Source: Methanomicrobia archaeon
GTDB taxonomy: Archaea; Methanobacteriota_B; Thermococci; Methanofastidiosales; NM3
Assembly (NCBI GenBank): GCA_030603445.1
Contig: JAUVXU010000004.1
Location: 42,656-106,655 of the forward strand
Reading direction: 5' to 3'
DNA: 64,000 nucleotides
Below, one piece after another: positions 41,245 through 50,734 of this stretch. The notes beneath the pieces are model-generated. The model did no database searches. It was not told the origin of the DNA and worked only from the letters and a program-made list of their open reading frames with translations. Every line of letters begins with the position of its first letter. The first letter of the stretch is position 1. A program made the translations under genes and the position numbers.

Positions 41245-42576
41245 TTATCTGCATTCCTTATCGCTTATAACAAGGGCATTATCAATAACATCAAGGGCGT
41301 TGAGTACCTCTTCCTTGCTAACAATAAGGGGCGGGGCTAAAAGGAGTGTAGTTATCATCTGTAAGAAAAATGTGCCATTTTTGAAGCATTCCGCCTGTAC
41401 CTTCGCAGGGATCGTCTGTATTGGCCTAAACTTATCGTCACGCACCGATGAAGCCTCCTGGGTCTTGGAATCCTTTATAAGTTCTATTCCCCAGAAACAT
41501 CCTTTTCCACGAACATCCCCCACAGACTTGTGGTCCTCTTTTATCTCTTCGAGGCGTTTCTTAAACACTGGTTCTAGTGATGCTGCGCGTTCCACAAGCT
41601 TCTCATCCTCATAAAGTTTTATAGACGCAATACCAGCAGCGCACGCAAGCGCATGTCCTGAGTACGTATGGCCATGAACAAATAGGTTATCTTCAAAGAA
41701 ATCAGATATCTTCTCGCTCATCATTGTTGCCCCAAGGGGAACGTATGTTCCTGAAAGGCCCTTTGCCATAGCCACGATGTCTGGTGATGCCTTCCAGTGC
41801 TCTATTCCGAACATCTTTCCAGTCCTTCCAAATCCGACCATCACCTCGTCATCTATCCACACGACCTCAAGCTCGTCGCATATCTCCCTTATGCGCTCAT
41901 AGTAACCAGGGGGCGGGACAATGACGCCGTTTGACCCAACTATAGGCTCTAGCACAATAGCGGCAACTGTATTTTTCCCTTCCATGATTATCTGGTCCCT
42001 TATAGACTCTGCACATTGCAATCCACAAGAAGGATATGTCATCTTGAAAGGACAGCGGTAGCAGTATGGGTCCACTGCGTGTAAGATGCCTGGATATCCC
42101 GGTTCATTGAAAGTGTATCGTCGCGGGTCTCCAGTAAGTGAGATCGATATTCCCAAAGAACCATGATAAGACGTGTATCTAGAGATAACCTTGAACTTTC
42201 CGGTATAGTATTTGGCCGCCTTTACTGCAGCTTCTACAGCTTCTGCCCCTGCAACAGAAAAGAAGGTCTTCCTAAACTTGCCTGGTGCTATCTCTGCAAG
42301 CTTCTTTGCCAATGCGGCGCGAGGGGGACACCCCAAAGCTGGAGCCACATAGGCATAAGTGTTCAACTGATCTATTATAGCTTTGTTCACTACAGGATTT
42401 TTATGCCCATAGTTAGTAGATATAAGCTGTGAAGAAAAATCGATATACTTTTTCCCATTGACATCAGTCAAGTATGCGCCATCTGCATCAACGATTGGAA
42501 GAACGTTCACATTACGTTGTGCAGACCAAGTCCTTACTACATATTTTTTTTCCATTTCTGCAAAATTCTCATCCAT
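41245..42576 (-). CDS. class III (omega) aminotransferase, beta-alanine/omega-amino acid:pyruvate type
   Basis: 'SGAEAVEAAVKAAK', 'DEVMVGFGRTGKMF' (PLP-Lys) and 'TYSGHALACAAG' motifs. ORF open to 42636. ATG at 42576 is preceded by GGGAGG. Confidence 0.75.
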   Translation of the reverse strand: MDENFAEMEKKYVVRTWSAQRNVNVLPIVDADGAYLTDVNGKKYIDFSSQLISTNYGHKNPVVNKAIIDQLNTYAYVAPALGCPPRAALAKKLAEIAPGKFRKTFFSVAGAEAVEAAVKAAKYYTGKFKVISRYTSYHGSLGISISLTGDPRRYTFNEPGYPGILHAVDPYCYRCPFKMTYPSCGLQCAESIRDQIIMEGKNTVAAIVLEPIVGSNGVIVPPPGYYERIREICDELEVVWIDDEVMVGFGRTGKMFGIEHWKASPDIVAMAKGLSGTYVPLGATMMSEKISDFFEDNLFVHGHTYSGHALACAAGIASIKLYEDEKLVERAASLEPVFKKRLEEIKEDHKSVGDVRGKGCFWGIELIKDSKTQEASSVRDDKFRPIQTIPAKVQAECFKNGTFFLQMITTLLLAPPLIVSKEEVLNALDVIDNALVISDKECR

Positions 42577-42819
42577 ACAGAATCCTCCCAGTATTCTGTT
42601 TGTCCTATTACAAAAGAACACAAACAATGCTCCCATATAGTGATTGTCTAATCAGCACTGAATAATAGAACTAATATATTTAATTATTCGGCATATTTAA
42701 TATTTTCGGTGTTATCAATTTTTAATGTTAGTATTACGTTTTTTTTAAAAAATAATCTAAAATTATGAAATATAAAGCATATCTTACCCATTTTCATACC
42801 GTAATGCTTAATACGGAGG

Positions 42820-43770
42820 TTATTTATATACAATGCGAGTTCCTGTCCTACCCTCTAAAGAACCAATAATCGATCCTATTGAAGAAATAATAGCAACGTC
42901 CCCTCCTGCTTTGATAAATTCCATGGCTGCTGAGACTTTTGGCCCCATACTTCCTGGAGGGAAGTGCCCTTCTCTTGTGTACTGCTGCGCCTCGCTAAGT
43001 GTCATAACATCTATCTTTTCCTCCTTATGCGCTCCGAAATGTTTGCTAACATGCTCAACATCCGTCATTAACATTAGTATACTAGCGCCTATGTCCGTTG
43101 CAAGCAGCTTGGCAGATAGATCTTTATCAATTACCGCCTCAACGCCAATTAGTTCCCCATCCGCTTCATGCACGGGGATTCCTCCGCCCCCGGAAGCTAT
43201 GACAATTACCCCGTTATCAGCAAGCAGTTTAACAGTGCTTGCTTCAACATTTCTTTTTGGTATTGGTGAAGGGACCACGCGCCGGTACCCATCTTTTACG
43301 GACTGCGCAACATATTTTATAGGCCATCCTTTGAGTACAGAGAGTTTCTGGGCCTCCTTTTGGGTATAGAAGGGTCCGACAGGCTTTATAGGGTGCTTAA
43401 ATGCCTCATCAGAGATGTCCACCACAACTTGATTAACAATCGCCACCACTGGGACAAAAAGCCCCTCGCAGGCTAATCTGTTATGGAGGGCCTGTTGAAT
43501 CATGTACCCCACCTGTCCTTGCGTCATTGCACCAAGCACATCTAAGGGCTGTTGAGGCACGTGGTCCTTTGCCTCCTCTTGTTGGATTAAGAGAGAACCC
43601 ACCTGCGGGCCATTTCCATGTGTTAATACGATGCGATGCCCTGCCTTGACTAATTGCACTAGCTGTTCAGATATAAGAGATATATTAGAGAGCTGTTCCT
43701 TGAGAGTTCCTTTCTGATCAGCTCGTTTTATCGCATTTCCGCCCAATGCAACAACGATAGTGCTGACCAT
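42820..43770 (-). CDS. arcC: carbamate kinase
   Basis: 'VVALGGNAI' and 'VLTHGNGPQVG' amino-acid-kinase motifs. 316 aa, typical CK length. Confidence 0.8.
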   Translation of the reverse strand: MVSTIVVALGGNAIKRADQKGTLKEQLSNISLISEQLVQLVKAGHRIVLTHGNGPQVGSLLIQQEEAKDHVPQQPLDVLGAMTQGQVGYMIQQALHNRLACEGLFVPVVAIVNQVVVDISDEAFKHPIKPVGPFYTQKEAQKLSVLKGWPIKYVAQSVKDGYRRVVPSPIPKRNVEASTVKLLADNGVIVIASGGGGIPVHEADGELIGVEAVIDKDLSAKLLATDIGASILMLMTDVEHVSKHFGAHKEEKIDVMTLSEAQQYTREGHFPPGSMGPKVSAAMEFIKAGGDVAIISSIGSIIGSLEGRTGTRIVYK

Positions 43771-43803
43771 AAAATCACCGATATCCTAAAAGAAAAATGA
43801 AAG

Positions 43804-44652
43804 CTACGGCAGCAGCTTGCACATATCCGTGTATGTCTCTGGCCGCCTGTCCCTGAAGAACTGCCAGTCGTTTCGAACATCGCGTATCATGTCAATATCA
43901 ATATCTGCGATCACGACCTCATCCTTGTCCTCCGAACCTTGTGATAGTAGTTGCCCTCTTGGATCGCACACATAAGTGCTTCCAAAGAATCTGCCAAACT
44001 TCCAAGGTTTCTCTATCCCGACCCTATTTATTGCAATTGTGAAGAACTGATTAGCCACACAATGTGCGCGCTGTTCCAACTCCCATAAATATTGTGACTT
44101 GCCAGCCACTGTTGCCGACGGGTTGTAAGTTATCTCTGCTCCTGCAAGACCCAAGAGGCGCGCTGATTCGGGGAAATGGCGGTCATAGCAGGTGTATATC
44201 CCGACTCGACCATACTTGGTCGGGAATACAGGATATCCCAAGTTTCCTGGCTTAAAGTAGAACTTCTCCCAAAAACCTGGTTTTGTATGTGGAATATGTA
44301 TCTTCCTAAACTTTCCCAGATACGTTCCATCTGCATCATACACAGCTGTCGTGTTGTAGTAGACTCCTTCCATTGCCTCCTCATAGACAGGTATGACGGT
44401 GACCATATCATACTGTTTGCCAATCTCTGCTATATTGTCTGTTGTTGGTCCCGGTACAGGTTCAGCGAGATCATACCACTTCGGCTCCTGTTCTGCGCAG
44501 AAGTAAGGGCCGTTAAAGAGTTCCTGAAGCCCTATTATCTGTACGCCTTTATCTCCTGCCTCATCAAGCAGCTTCTCATGTTTCTTGACCATGCCCTCGA
44601 TTGTTCCAGGGTATGAGCATTGAATTCCTCCCACTTTCACAATTCTTGTCAA
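43804..44652 (-). CDS. carbon-nitrogen hydrolase, beta-ureidopropionase-like (N-carbamoyl amidohydrolase)
   Basis: 'RKIHIPH', 'TCYDRHFPE' (catalytic Cys) and 'NPSATVAGKSQYLWELEQRAHCVANQFFTIAINRVG' closely parallel eukaryotic/bacterial beta-alanine synthase, as recalled. Confidence 0.65.
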   Translation of the reverse strand: MTRIVKVGGIQCSYPGTIEGMVKKHEKLLDEAGDKGVQIIGLQELFNGPYFCAEQEPKWYDLAEPVPGPTTDNIAEIGKQYDMVTVIPVYEEAMEGVYYNTTAVYDADGTYLGKFRKIHIPHTKPGFWEKFYFKPGNLGYPVFPTKYGRVGIYTCYDRHFPESARLLGLAGAEITYNPSATVAGKSQYLWELEQRAHCVANQFFTIAINRVGIEKPWKFGRFFGSTYVCDPRGQLLSQGSEDKDEVVIADIDIDMIRDVRNDWQFFRDRRPETYTDMCKLLP

Positions 44653-44729
44653 TCAATCCACCCCATAAAAAGCAAAAAATATATGTTGTAAAATATATAT
44701 AATTGTTTCGGTAATTTATAAACGATATG

Positions 44730-44779
44730 AATAATTTTTATATAAAATTAGAATGTTTTAATAATTTTTATATAAAATT
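44730..44779. repeat. two copies of 20-bp direct repeat AATAATTTTTATATAAAATT (44730..44749 and 44760..44779) in a divergent promoter region
   Basis: Perfect 20/20 identity with a 30-bp period. Each copy contains a TATA-like core. Confidence 0.7.
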
Positions 44780-44954
44780 GTAGTATATATATAGGTATTA
44801 AACAAATATTTGCATATATTCTTCTAATTCATCCTTAAAAAAGAGAAATCATCATATTCTATTTTTATAATCAATATATAAAATATATAGAATATTGTGC
44901 TAGACGTATACTATATAGATTAAGTATTTATATGGATGTGCTAACGTTCGTTGC

Positions 44955-46223
44955 ATGCTTGATTGGATTATTGCATTAAGCATTGCTGAAAAGGCGATAA
45001 TTGCTCTTGCCCTGGCTTCAGGATTCTACATGGCTTGGACAATTGGTGCAAACGACGTGGCAAATTCTATGGGCACATCTGTAGGAAGCGGTGCGCTTAC
45101 TTTGAAGAGAGCCGTGATTGTAGCAGGCATTTTCGAGTTCTTAGGGGCGGTCCTTGTAGGGCGTCATGTATCGGCAACCATCAAGTCAGGAATAATAACC
45201 CCCGGGCTAATAAACGATCCAAAAGTGTATATGCTTGCGATGCTATCATGCCTAATAGCAGCTGCCTTTTGGGTGTTTGTTGCAACATACTACTCCCTTC
45301 CAATCTCCACCACCCATTCAATAGTTGGGGCTGTGATAGGGGTTGGGCTGTTAATATCATACCAAATGGTAAATTTTTCCATTGTCAACAGCATTGTGCT
45401 CTCATGGGTTTTCTCGCCTTTGTTAGGGGCGCTCTTAGCATTTATATTTTTCAAACTTATCGTTCGCTCAATCTTCTCTAAGAAGGAACCACTTCACGCA
45501 CTGCGAAACGTTGGTCCAGTGCTTGTATTCTTCAACATTTTTATCATATGCCTGTCAGTCTTGTATAAGGGGCTTGCAAAAATTGGGCTTTCTTTTGGGG
45601 CCCTCCAGGCTATAGAACTTTCTGCTGTGATTGCCATTACCGTTGCAATGGCATCTGCATACATATTCCTTAATATGGATTACAGAAAGCCGCGAAGCGA
45701 CTCCGAGAAATACAGGCAAGTAGAAAGAATATTTGGATATTTGCAAATAATGACAGCATGTTCTGTTGCATTTGCGCACGGGGCAAACGATGTTGCAAAC
45801 GCCATAGGTCCATTAGCGGCCATAATGCACACGATGGAGGCAGGAACTATAGATGCAACTTCTGGCATACCGCTCTACATCCTGTTTATAGGGGGTGCAG
45901 GGATTGTTATTGGGATCTCGACATGGGGCTACAAGGTCATCGACACTGTCGGTAAGAAAATAACTGAGATAACGCCTTCAAGGGGTTTTTGTGCTGAGCT
46001 TAGTACATGCATAACAGTGCTCTTATGCTCAAAGATAGGCCTTCCGATATCAACAACGCAAGTATTGATAGGATCCGTAATAGGGGTAGGATTCGCCAGA
46101 GGTATATCAGCCATAGATTTTAGCATTATTAGAAAGATAATAACCTCATGGCTTCTGACGCTTCCCATATCTGCATTAAGCAGTATGCTTATATATATCG
46201 TATTGAAAGGAATAATACTATGA
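44955..46223 (+). CDS. inorganic phosphate transporter, PiT family
   Basis: Duplicated 'GANDVAN' signature at both N- and C-half ('GANDVANSMG' and 'GANDVANAIGP'). 422 aa. Confidence 0.85.
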   Translation: MLDWIIALSIAEKAIIALALASGFYMAWTIGANDVANSMGTSVGSGALTLKRAVIVAGIFEFLGAVLVGRHVSATIKSGIITPGLINDPKVYMLAMLSCLIAAAFWVFVATYYSLPISTTHSIVGAVIGVGLLISYQMVNFSIVNSIVLSWVFSPLLGALLAFIFFKLIVRSIFSKKEPLHALRNVGPVLVFFNIFIICLSVLYKGLAKIGLSFGALQAIELSAVIAITVAMASAYIFLNMDYRKPRSDSEKYRQVERIFGYLQIMTACSVAFAHGANDVANAIGPLAAIMHTMEAGTIDATSGIPLYILFIGGAGIVIGISTWGYKVIDTVGKKITEITPSRGFCAELSTCITVLLCSKIGLPISTTQVLIGSVIGVGFARGISAIDFSIIRKIITSWLLTLPISALSSMLIYIVLKGIIL

Positions 46224-46226
46224 GGG

Positions 46227-46928
46227 ATGTGGATGGTAAGATGGAAAGACAGGATTAGGGTGCCCTTGCTAGGTGCCCTTCGGAGCGACCCGTTCGAAAA
46301 GTTGAACGAGCACGCAAAGATGGTGAAAGTATGCACAGAATCTCTGAAGCACGCCATGAAGGCCTACTTTGAAGGGGATTTTGATACGTTTGATAAGTAC
46401 AGGCTTAAGGTTATAAAAGACGAGGAGAAGGCCGATATCATCAAGAGAAACATACGAAATCACCTGCCTAAAAGCATACATATGTCTGTTGACAAGAGAA
46501 ATTTCCTCCTTCTTTTGACACAGCAGGATAATATACTCGATTATGAAGAGGATCTGGTACAATGGTTGCATATGCGAATCAAGACGTATAATAATGATAT
46601 CAGTGCCGACTTCATGCATCTCACCGACAAGGTGATAGAAACAATTGGTTATTTCGAGAAAGCCATCTTCAATCTTCCTGATGTCCTAGAGTCGTCTTTT
46701 GCAGATGACGAGAGAAATGAGACAAAAAAATACATAAAGAAAGTGAGCTTAGGGGAGCATGAATCTGATGTCCTTGAACAAGCCTTGTCCAAGAAGATAT
46801 TCTCTTTGGAAGATCAGCTGACGCCAATAGACATCTACCACTTATTACGGGCTGTACAGATACTTGGAGAAATATCAAATCACGCAGAAAACGCCTCGGA
46901 CAGGATAAGAAACCTGCTTGCAAGGTGA
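46227..46928 (+). CDS. DUF47/PhoU-like phosphate transport regulator (PiT-associated)
   Basis: 233 aa helical protein. Conserved pairing with PiT. Start is 4 nt after the PiT stop. Confidence 0.65.
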   Translation: MWMVRWKDRIRVPLLGALRSDPFEKLNEHAKMVKVCTESLKHAMKAYFEGDFDTFDKYRLKVIKDEEKADIIKRNIRNHLPKSIHMSVDKRNFLLLLTQQDNILDYEEDLVQWLHMRIKTYNNDISADFMHLTDKVIETIGYFEKAIFNLPDVLESSFADDERNETKKYIKKVSLGEHESDVLEQALSKKIFSLEDQLTPIDIYHLLRAVQILGEISNHAENASDRIRNLLAR

Positions 46929-47817
46929 TGCTATTCTAAGTATTATTGTTCACGGCGGGGCCTGGAACATGCCAAAAAAACTTGAGGCCGCGCATCTAAA
47001 AGGCGTCTGTGAGGCATGCAAGGCGGGCCGTGATGCATTGCTTGATGGCAATGGGAGTGTTAATGCAATAGCTGATGCCCTTGTCATATTAGAAGATGAC
47101 GAGACGTTTGATGCAGGCGTCGGTTCCTTCCTAAACAGTGTGGGCGATGTAGAGCTAGATGCGGGGATTATGACTGGAGACAGCGGAGACTTTGCCTGCT
47201 GTGGTGCAGTATCACGCCTGCGCAACCCGATTCTTGCATGCAAGAAGCTGCTTGAGATTGCCCCAAACAGGTTGCTCGTCTGTGAGGGAATGCACAAGTT
47301 TGCCGAAGAGAACGGTTTTGAGTTAATAGACAACGATGAATTGAAAATCTCAAGAGAGATAGAGCGCTACAAGAACAAGTCCGCCCCTGTTGAAAAATAT
47401 TTCTTGCCGTCAGACACTGTTGGTGCGGTGGCACTAGATGAATATGGGCAAATCGCGGCTGCAAACACCACAGGAGGAACTCCTGGAAAACTTCCCGGTC
47501 GCGTCGGCGACTCCCCCATCGTTGGTTGTGGCATCTACGCAGGCCCGAACGCAGGCATTGCTGCTACAGGATATGGGGAACCAATAATCAAGACCGTGCT
47601 TTGCAAGTGCGTTTATGATGAATATTCTAAGTGCAAAGACATCGACCTTGCAACAAATCACGGCATTGGCATTCTCTCTTTATACGGGTGGGGCGGGGTA
47701 ATTGCCCTAGACAAAGAAGGAAACAGCGCCGCGCGCCACAACACCACAAAAATGCCGTTTGCAAGATGGGATGAGAAAAATAATAAAATTGAAAAAAAGA
47801 TAAGCAACCCCCTTTAA
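46918..47817 (+). CDS. isoaspartyl peptidase / L-asparaginase (Ntn-hydrolase, plant-type)
   Basis: Autoproteolytic nucleophile context 'SDTVGAVALD'. 'HGGAW' N-terminus. Confidence 0.8.
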   Translation: MQGDAILSIIVHGGAWNMPKKLEAAHLKGVCEACKAGRDALLDGNGSVNAIADALVILEDDETFDAGVGSFLNSVGDVELDAGIMTGDSGDFACCGAVSRLRNPILACKKLLEIAPNRLLVCEGMHKFAEENGFELIDNDELKISREIERYKNKSAPVEKYFLPSDTVGAVALDEYGQIAAANTTGGTPGKLPGRVGDSPIVGCGIYAGPNAGIAATGYGEPIIKTVLCKCVYDEYSKCKDIDLATNHGIGILSLYGWGGVIALDKEGNSAARHNTTKMPFARWDEKNNKIEKKISNPL

Positions 47818-47826
47818 AGAGGGGGA
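47806..47826. terminator. GC hairpin (CCCCC-tttaaaga-GGGGG) between convergent asparaginase and AOR genes
   Basis: Stem 47808-47812 pairs with 47821-47825. Overlaps the asparaginase stop codon. T-rich on both strands. Confidence 0.4.
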
Positions 47827-47869
47827 GCATTTATTGCCAGAAGCGACAAGCGCCCCTTTGTATCATTCT

Positions 47870-49696
47870 TTAGTCCTGCATCTGTTCATAGGCATAGCCT
47901 ATGCCAAGCTGCTCCAAACGCTCTTTAGTTGGAACGCCGTCCTTGCCCCATCCGCGAAGCTCGTAATACATGTCAAGCATCTTGTCAAGCTCTTCTTGCG
48001 GGCAGTACATGCCTTTTAGCGGTCCGTCTGGTATGGGTTCGTTCATGAATCTCCATGGAAGCTTGTCATCCTTTCTCCTTATGCCCTCACGGCAGTTGAA
48101 GCAGCGCTCCATGGTGTAGATACGATCGGATATCTCTGTTAGTTCTTCTAAAGTGATGTTCCATCCTACTACATCGTTCACCCATCTGACATAGTTGTCG
48201 GTAAGTACGAGACCAGCTGATTTCTCACAAAGGTGGCATATGACCGCCGCATCCCCGAATGTCGTCCAGTTTGCAGTATCAAATGCAAGTGCAGGCTTAT
48301 CAGAGATGTCCTCGCGCTTCTCGCGTGGTATACCATACTCTATTGAAGGGCGTGCATCGTGGTGGCTTCCTCCCCTATTGGACACGGAGTAACCTATGCT
48401 CATCGTCTTTAGTCCCCTGCCGGAGTGCCCCGCTGGCTCAAGGCCCTTTATGTTGATTGCAATCTTGTAAGCCTCGCCTCCAAGCCGATTTGCCATCTCC
48501 CTTGTCCCAAGGCCGATGAATGCGCCAATGCCCTCTGCGTTTCCAGTAAGCTCCACTGCCTTAAGGAGGGTCTCCCTATTGCCCCAGCTAAAGTCAAGAC
48601 CTGAAAGGTCCATATCCTTTAAGAGCCCTTTCTCCTGCGCCTCCATCATGAAGGAAACAGAAAGGCCAAATGATATGGTGTCTATACCGTATTCATCGCA
48701 TTTAGCATCGGCAATGATGAGTGTGTCTAGGTCATTTATACCACACATGCTGCCCATAGCATACAGGGATTCATACTCAGGCCCTTCTGATATTGAAGGA
48801 TCTGATTTTGCAGCATCTATCTTCGTACAGGCCAAACGGCAGGCAAAACATGCGTCGTTACGCTTCCAGTGCTCTGCCTTGAGCTTCTCGCCGGATATAT
48901 CCTCGGCATGCTCGAACTGTTCCTGCTTGTAGTTGTACGTGCCTAAACAACCCTGTTTATTTATGATGTTCACAAGGATCGGGGTCCCGAAGTCTGTTAG
49001 GCCTTTTCCCTTCGTCTCATACTCGGGGATCAATTCATTGTAATGCTTGAACATGTTGTCAAGATTTGCCACCTCAACATCTTTTGTCCCGCGCACTGTT
49101 ATGGCCTTAAGCTTCTTAGCGCCAAAAACCGCTCCGATTCCGCCGCGTCCGCATGCCCTGACATCATGAATAACACATGCATAACGCGCCATGTTCTCTC
49201 CTGCTGGCCCAATGCACAGAGTTGAGAAGTCGCTTGATGTTATCTCCTCTATCTTCTTTTGTACCTTCTTAGTGTCAAGCCCAGAAAGCTCGCTTGCATC
49301 TCGTATCTCCACTGTATCGTTATCTATTAAGACATATTTGAGAGAATCTGCCTGTCCGGTCACTATTATGCTATCGTACCCTGCGTACTTTAGCTTGGCT
49401 GCAAAGTCGCCGCCGAACGCACCGCGCATGTAACCTCCTGTCAAAGGAGACTTCGTAACTATCGTGCCCCTTCCTGCGCCGTGTAGGAACGTGCCGGATA
49501 TAGGGCCTGCGCCAACAGCAATGATATTCTCAGGACCTAGCGGATCTACACCCTTTGGCGTCATGTCAAAGAGGTATTTTGCACCAAATCCGACGCCGCC
49601 AAGGAACTTCTTGGCAAGGTCCTCAGAGGTATTCTCCTTTTTTATCTCGCCGGTAGTAAGATTGACAAATAGTATCTTTCCTGCATATCCTTTCAT
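47870..49696 (-). CDS. aor: tungsten-containing aldehyde:ferredoxin oxidoreductase (AOR family)
   Basis: N-terminal 'GKILFVNLTTGEIK' is the AOR signature. 608 aa. Cys ligands for the [4Fe-4S] cluster present. Confidence 0.85.
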   Translation of the reverse strand: MKGYAGKILFVNLTTGEIKKENTSEDLAKKFLGGVGFGAKYLFDMTPKGVDPLGPENIIAVGAGPISGTFLHGAGRGTIVTKSPLTGGYMRGAFGGDFAAKLKYAGYDSIIVTGQADSLKYVLIDNDTVEIRDASELSGLDTKKVQKKIEEITSSDFSTLCIGPAGENMARYACVIHDVRACGRGGIGAVFGAKKLKAITVRGTKDVEVANLDNMFKHYNELIPEYETKGKGLTDFGTPILVNIINKQGCLGTYNYKQEQFEHAEDISGEKLKAEHWKRNDACFACRLACTKIDAAKSDPSISEGPEYESLYAMGSMCGINDLDTLIIADAKCDEYGIDTISFGLSVSFMMEAQEKGLLKDMDLSGLDFSWGNRETLLKAVELTGNAEGIGAFIGLGTREMANRLGGEAYKIAINIKGLEPAGHSGRGLKTMSIGYSVSNRGGSHHDARPSIEYGIPREKREDISDKPALAFDTANWTTFGDAAVICHLCEKSAGLVLTDNYVRWVNDVVGWNITLEELTEISDRIYTMERCFNCREGIRRKDDKLPWRFMNEPIPDGPLKGMYCPQEELDKMLDMYYELRGWGKDGVPTKERLEQLGIGYAYEQMQD

Positions 49697-49698
49697 TT

Positions 49699-50100
49699 TT
49701 AATCCTCCTCCACGAACAAAGCATCAAACGGGCAGTAACGAATACAGTTCATTTCACCGTTGCAGAAATCACACTTCAGGATATATTCAAGATCTGGGTG
49801 GGTAAACATAGCGTCATAAGGGCATGCATCCACACATACCATGCAGCCTATGCACTCCTCTTTATTGAACTTGACCTCGTTATCTTCAATGTAAAGCGCT
49901 TCAGTTGGGCAAACATCGATACATTCGGGTTCCTCACAATGTTTGCATGTAAGCTGGTTAAACTTTCCATAGAACTCGTCGCGCCATAAGCGGATTCTTG
50001 ATTTGTTTGGGTTGAAGACACCTTCGTGTGTAGCCGAGCATACTAGCTCGCAGGTTTTGCAACCACTACACTTCTCGGTGTCGAAACCTATTCTTTTCAT
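49699..50100 (-). CDS. polyferredoxin (four CxxCxxC(x)nCP motifs)
   Basis: 'CSGCKTCELVC', 'CKHCEEPECIDVCP', 'CIGCMVCVDACP' and 'CDFCNGEMNCIRYCP'. Overlaps the AOR stop, so probably the AOR electron acceptor. Confidence 0.8.
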   Translation of the reverse strand: MKRIGFDTEKCSGCKTCELVCSATHEGVFNPNKSRIRLWRDEFYGKFNQLTCKHCEEPECIDVCPTEALYIEDNEVKFNKEECIGCMVCVDACPYDAMFTHPDLEYILKCDFCNGEMNCIRYCPFDALFVEED

Positions 50101-50176
50101 GATAAGTCACCGGGTAAAAATAAAAATGGAAAAATTTAAAGGTTTCGATAGGTTATAATAAAACAATCGAGGTTTT

Positions 50177-50734
50177 TCACAACGACATATCGGAGAATTC
50201 GCGGTCCTTGCGTTCCTTGTTTATCTTCTCAAGGTAACGGTATACGCCAGAGTGGGGTTTTCCCTCAAGCAGCATATCCACTGCCTTTTTGGCATCATGG
50301 ACCTCTTGGAACGTGCCAAGAATGGAGATGGTCTTGCCATATACCGAGAGATGTACGCCGGTCATGGTCTCAATTATGCGCCTTGTCTTGCCTTCCTTTC
50401 CGATTATGCGGCCTCTGATACGCAGCATGCTGCTGCGAGAGTGCCCCACATATTCTGATATGTCTATTATCTCAACTATTACTCCGTCTTCTTGAAGACG
50501 CATCGCCTTTTGCGGGGAAAATCCCCTGGCTATGGCCTTTACCATATCGCGCGCCTTCCAGACTGCAAGGGGGTCCTTGGTATCTGAAGTATCGGATATA
50601 TAAACTGCAGAGTTATCCGAATCGATCTTAAGGCAAACATGGAGTACCTCCTCTATCATCTCCCTTGTTTCCCCTTTCTTGCCTATTACAATGCCCAATC
50701 TATCATAGGGTATCTTCATGTACTCCTCATTCAT
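50177..50734 (-). CDS. KH-domain RNA-binding protein (Dim2/Pno1-like)
   Basis: Two KH GxxG loops 'IGKKGETR' and 'IGKEGKTR'. ORF open to 50812. ATG at 50734 gives a typical aDim2 N-terminus and an 8-nt overlap with the upstream rio1 stop. Confidence 0.7.
   Translation of the reverse strand: MNEEYMKIPYDRLGIVIGKKGETREMIEEVLHVCLKIDSDNSAVYISDTSDTKDPLAVWKARDMVKAIARGFSPQKAMRLQEDGVIVEIIDISEYVGHSRSSMLRIRGRIIGKEGKTRRIIETMTGVHLSVYGKTISILGTFQEVHDAKKAVDMLLEGKPHSGVYRYLEKINKERKDREFSDMSL

Noticed and set aside
43804-44652. Alternative reading of the CN-hydrolase as N-carbamoylputrescine amidase (agmatine pathway) given the nearby carbamate kinase
   Set aside because: No agmatine deiminase or putrescine carbamoyltransferase is present. 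The C-terminal region aligns better with beta-ureidopropionase. The neighbours (PreA-like x2, class-III aminotransferase) fit pyrimidine/beta-alanine metabolism. The alternative is kept only as a caveat.
44730-44779. Considered whether the 20-bp repeats could be a minimal CRISPR array
   Set aside because: There are only two copies. The spacer is 10 bp. The motif is AT-only and TATA-like. No cas genes are nearby. It is much more likely a promoter or operator duplication.
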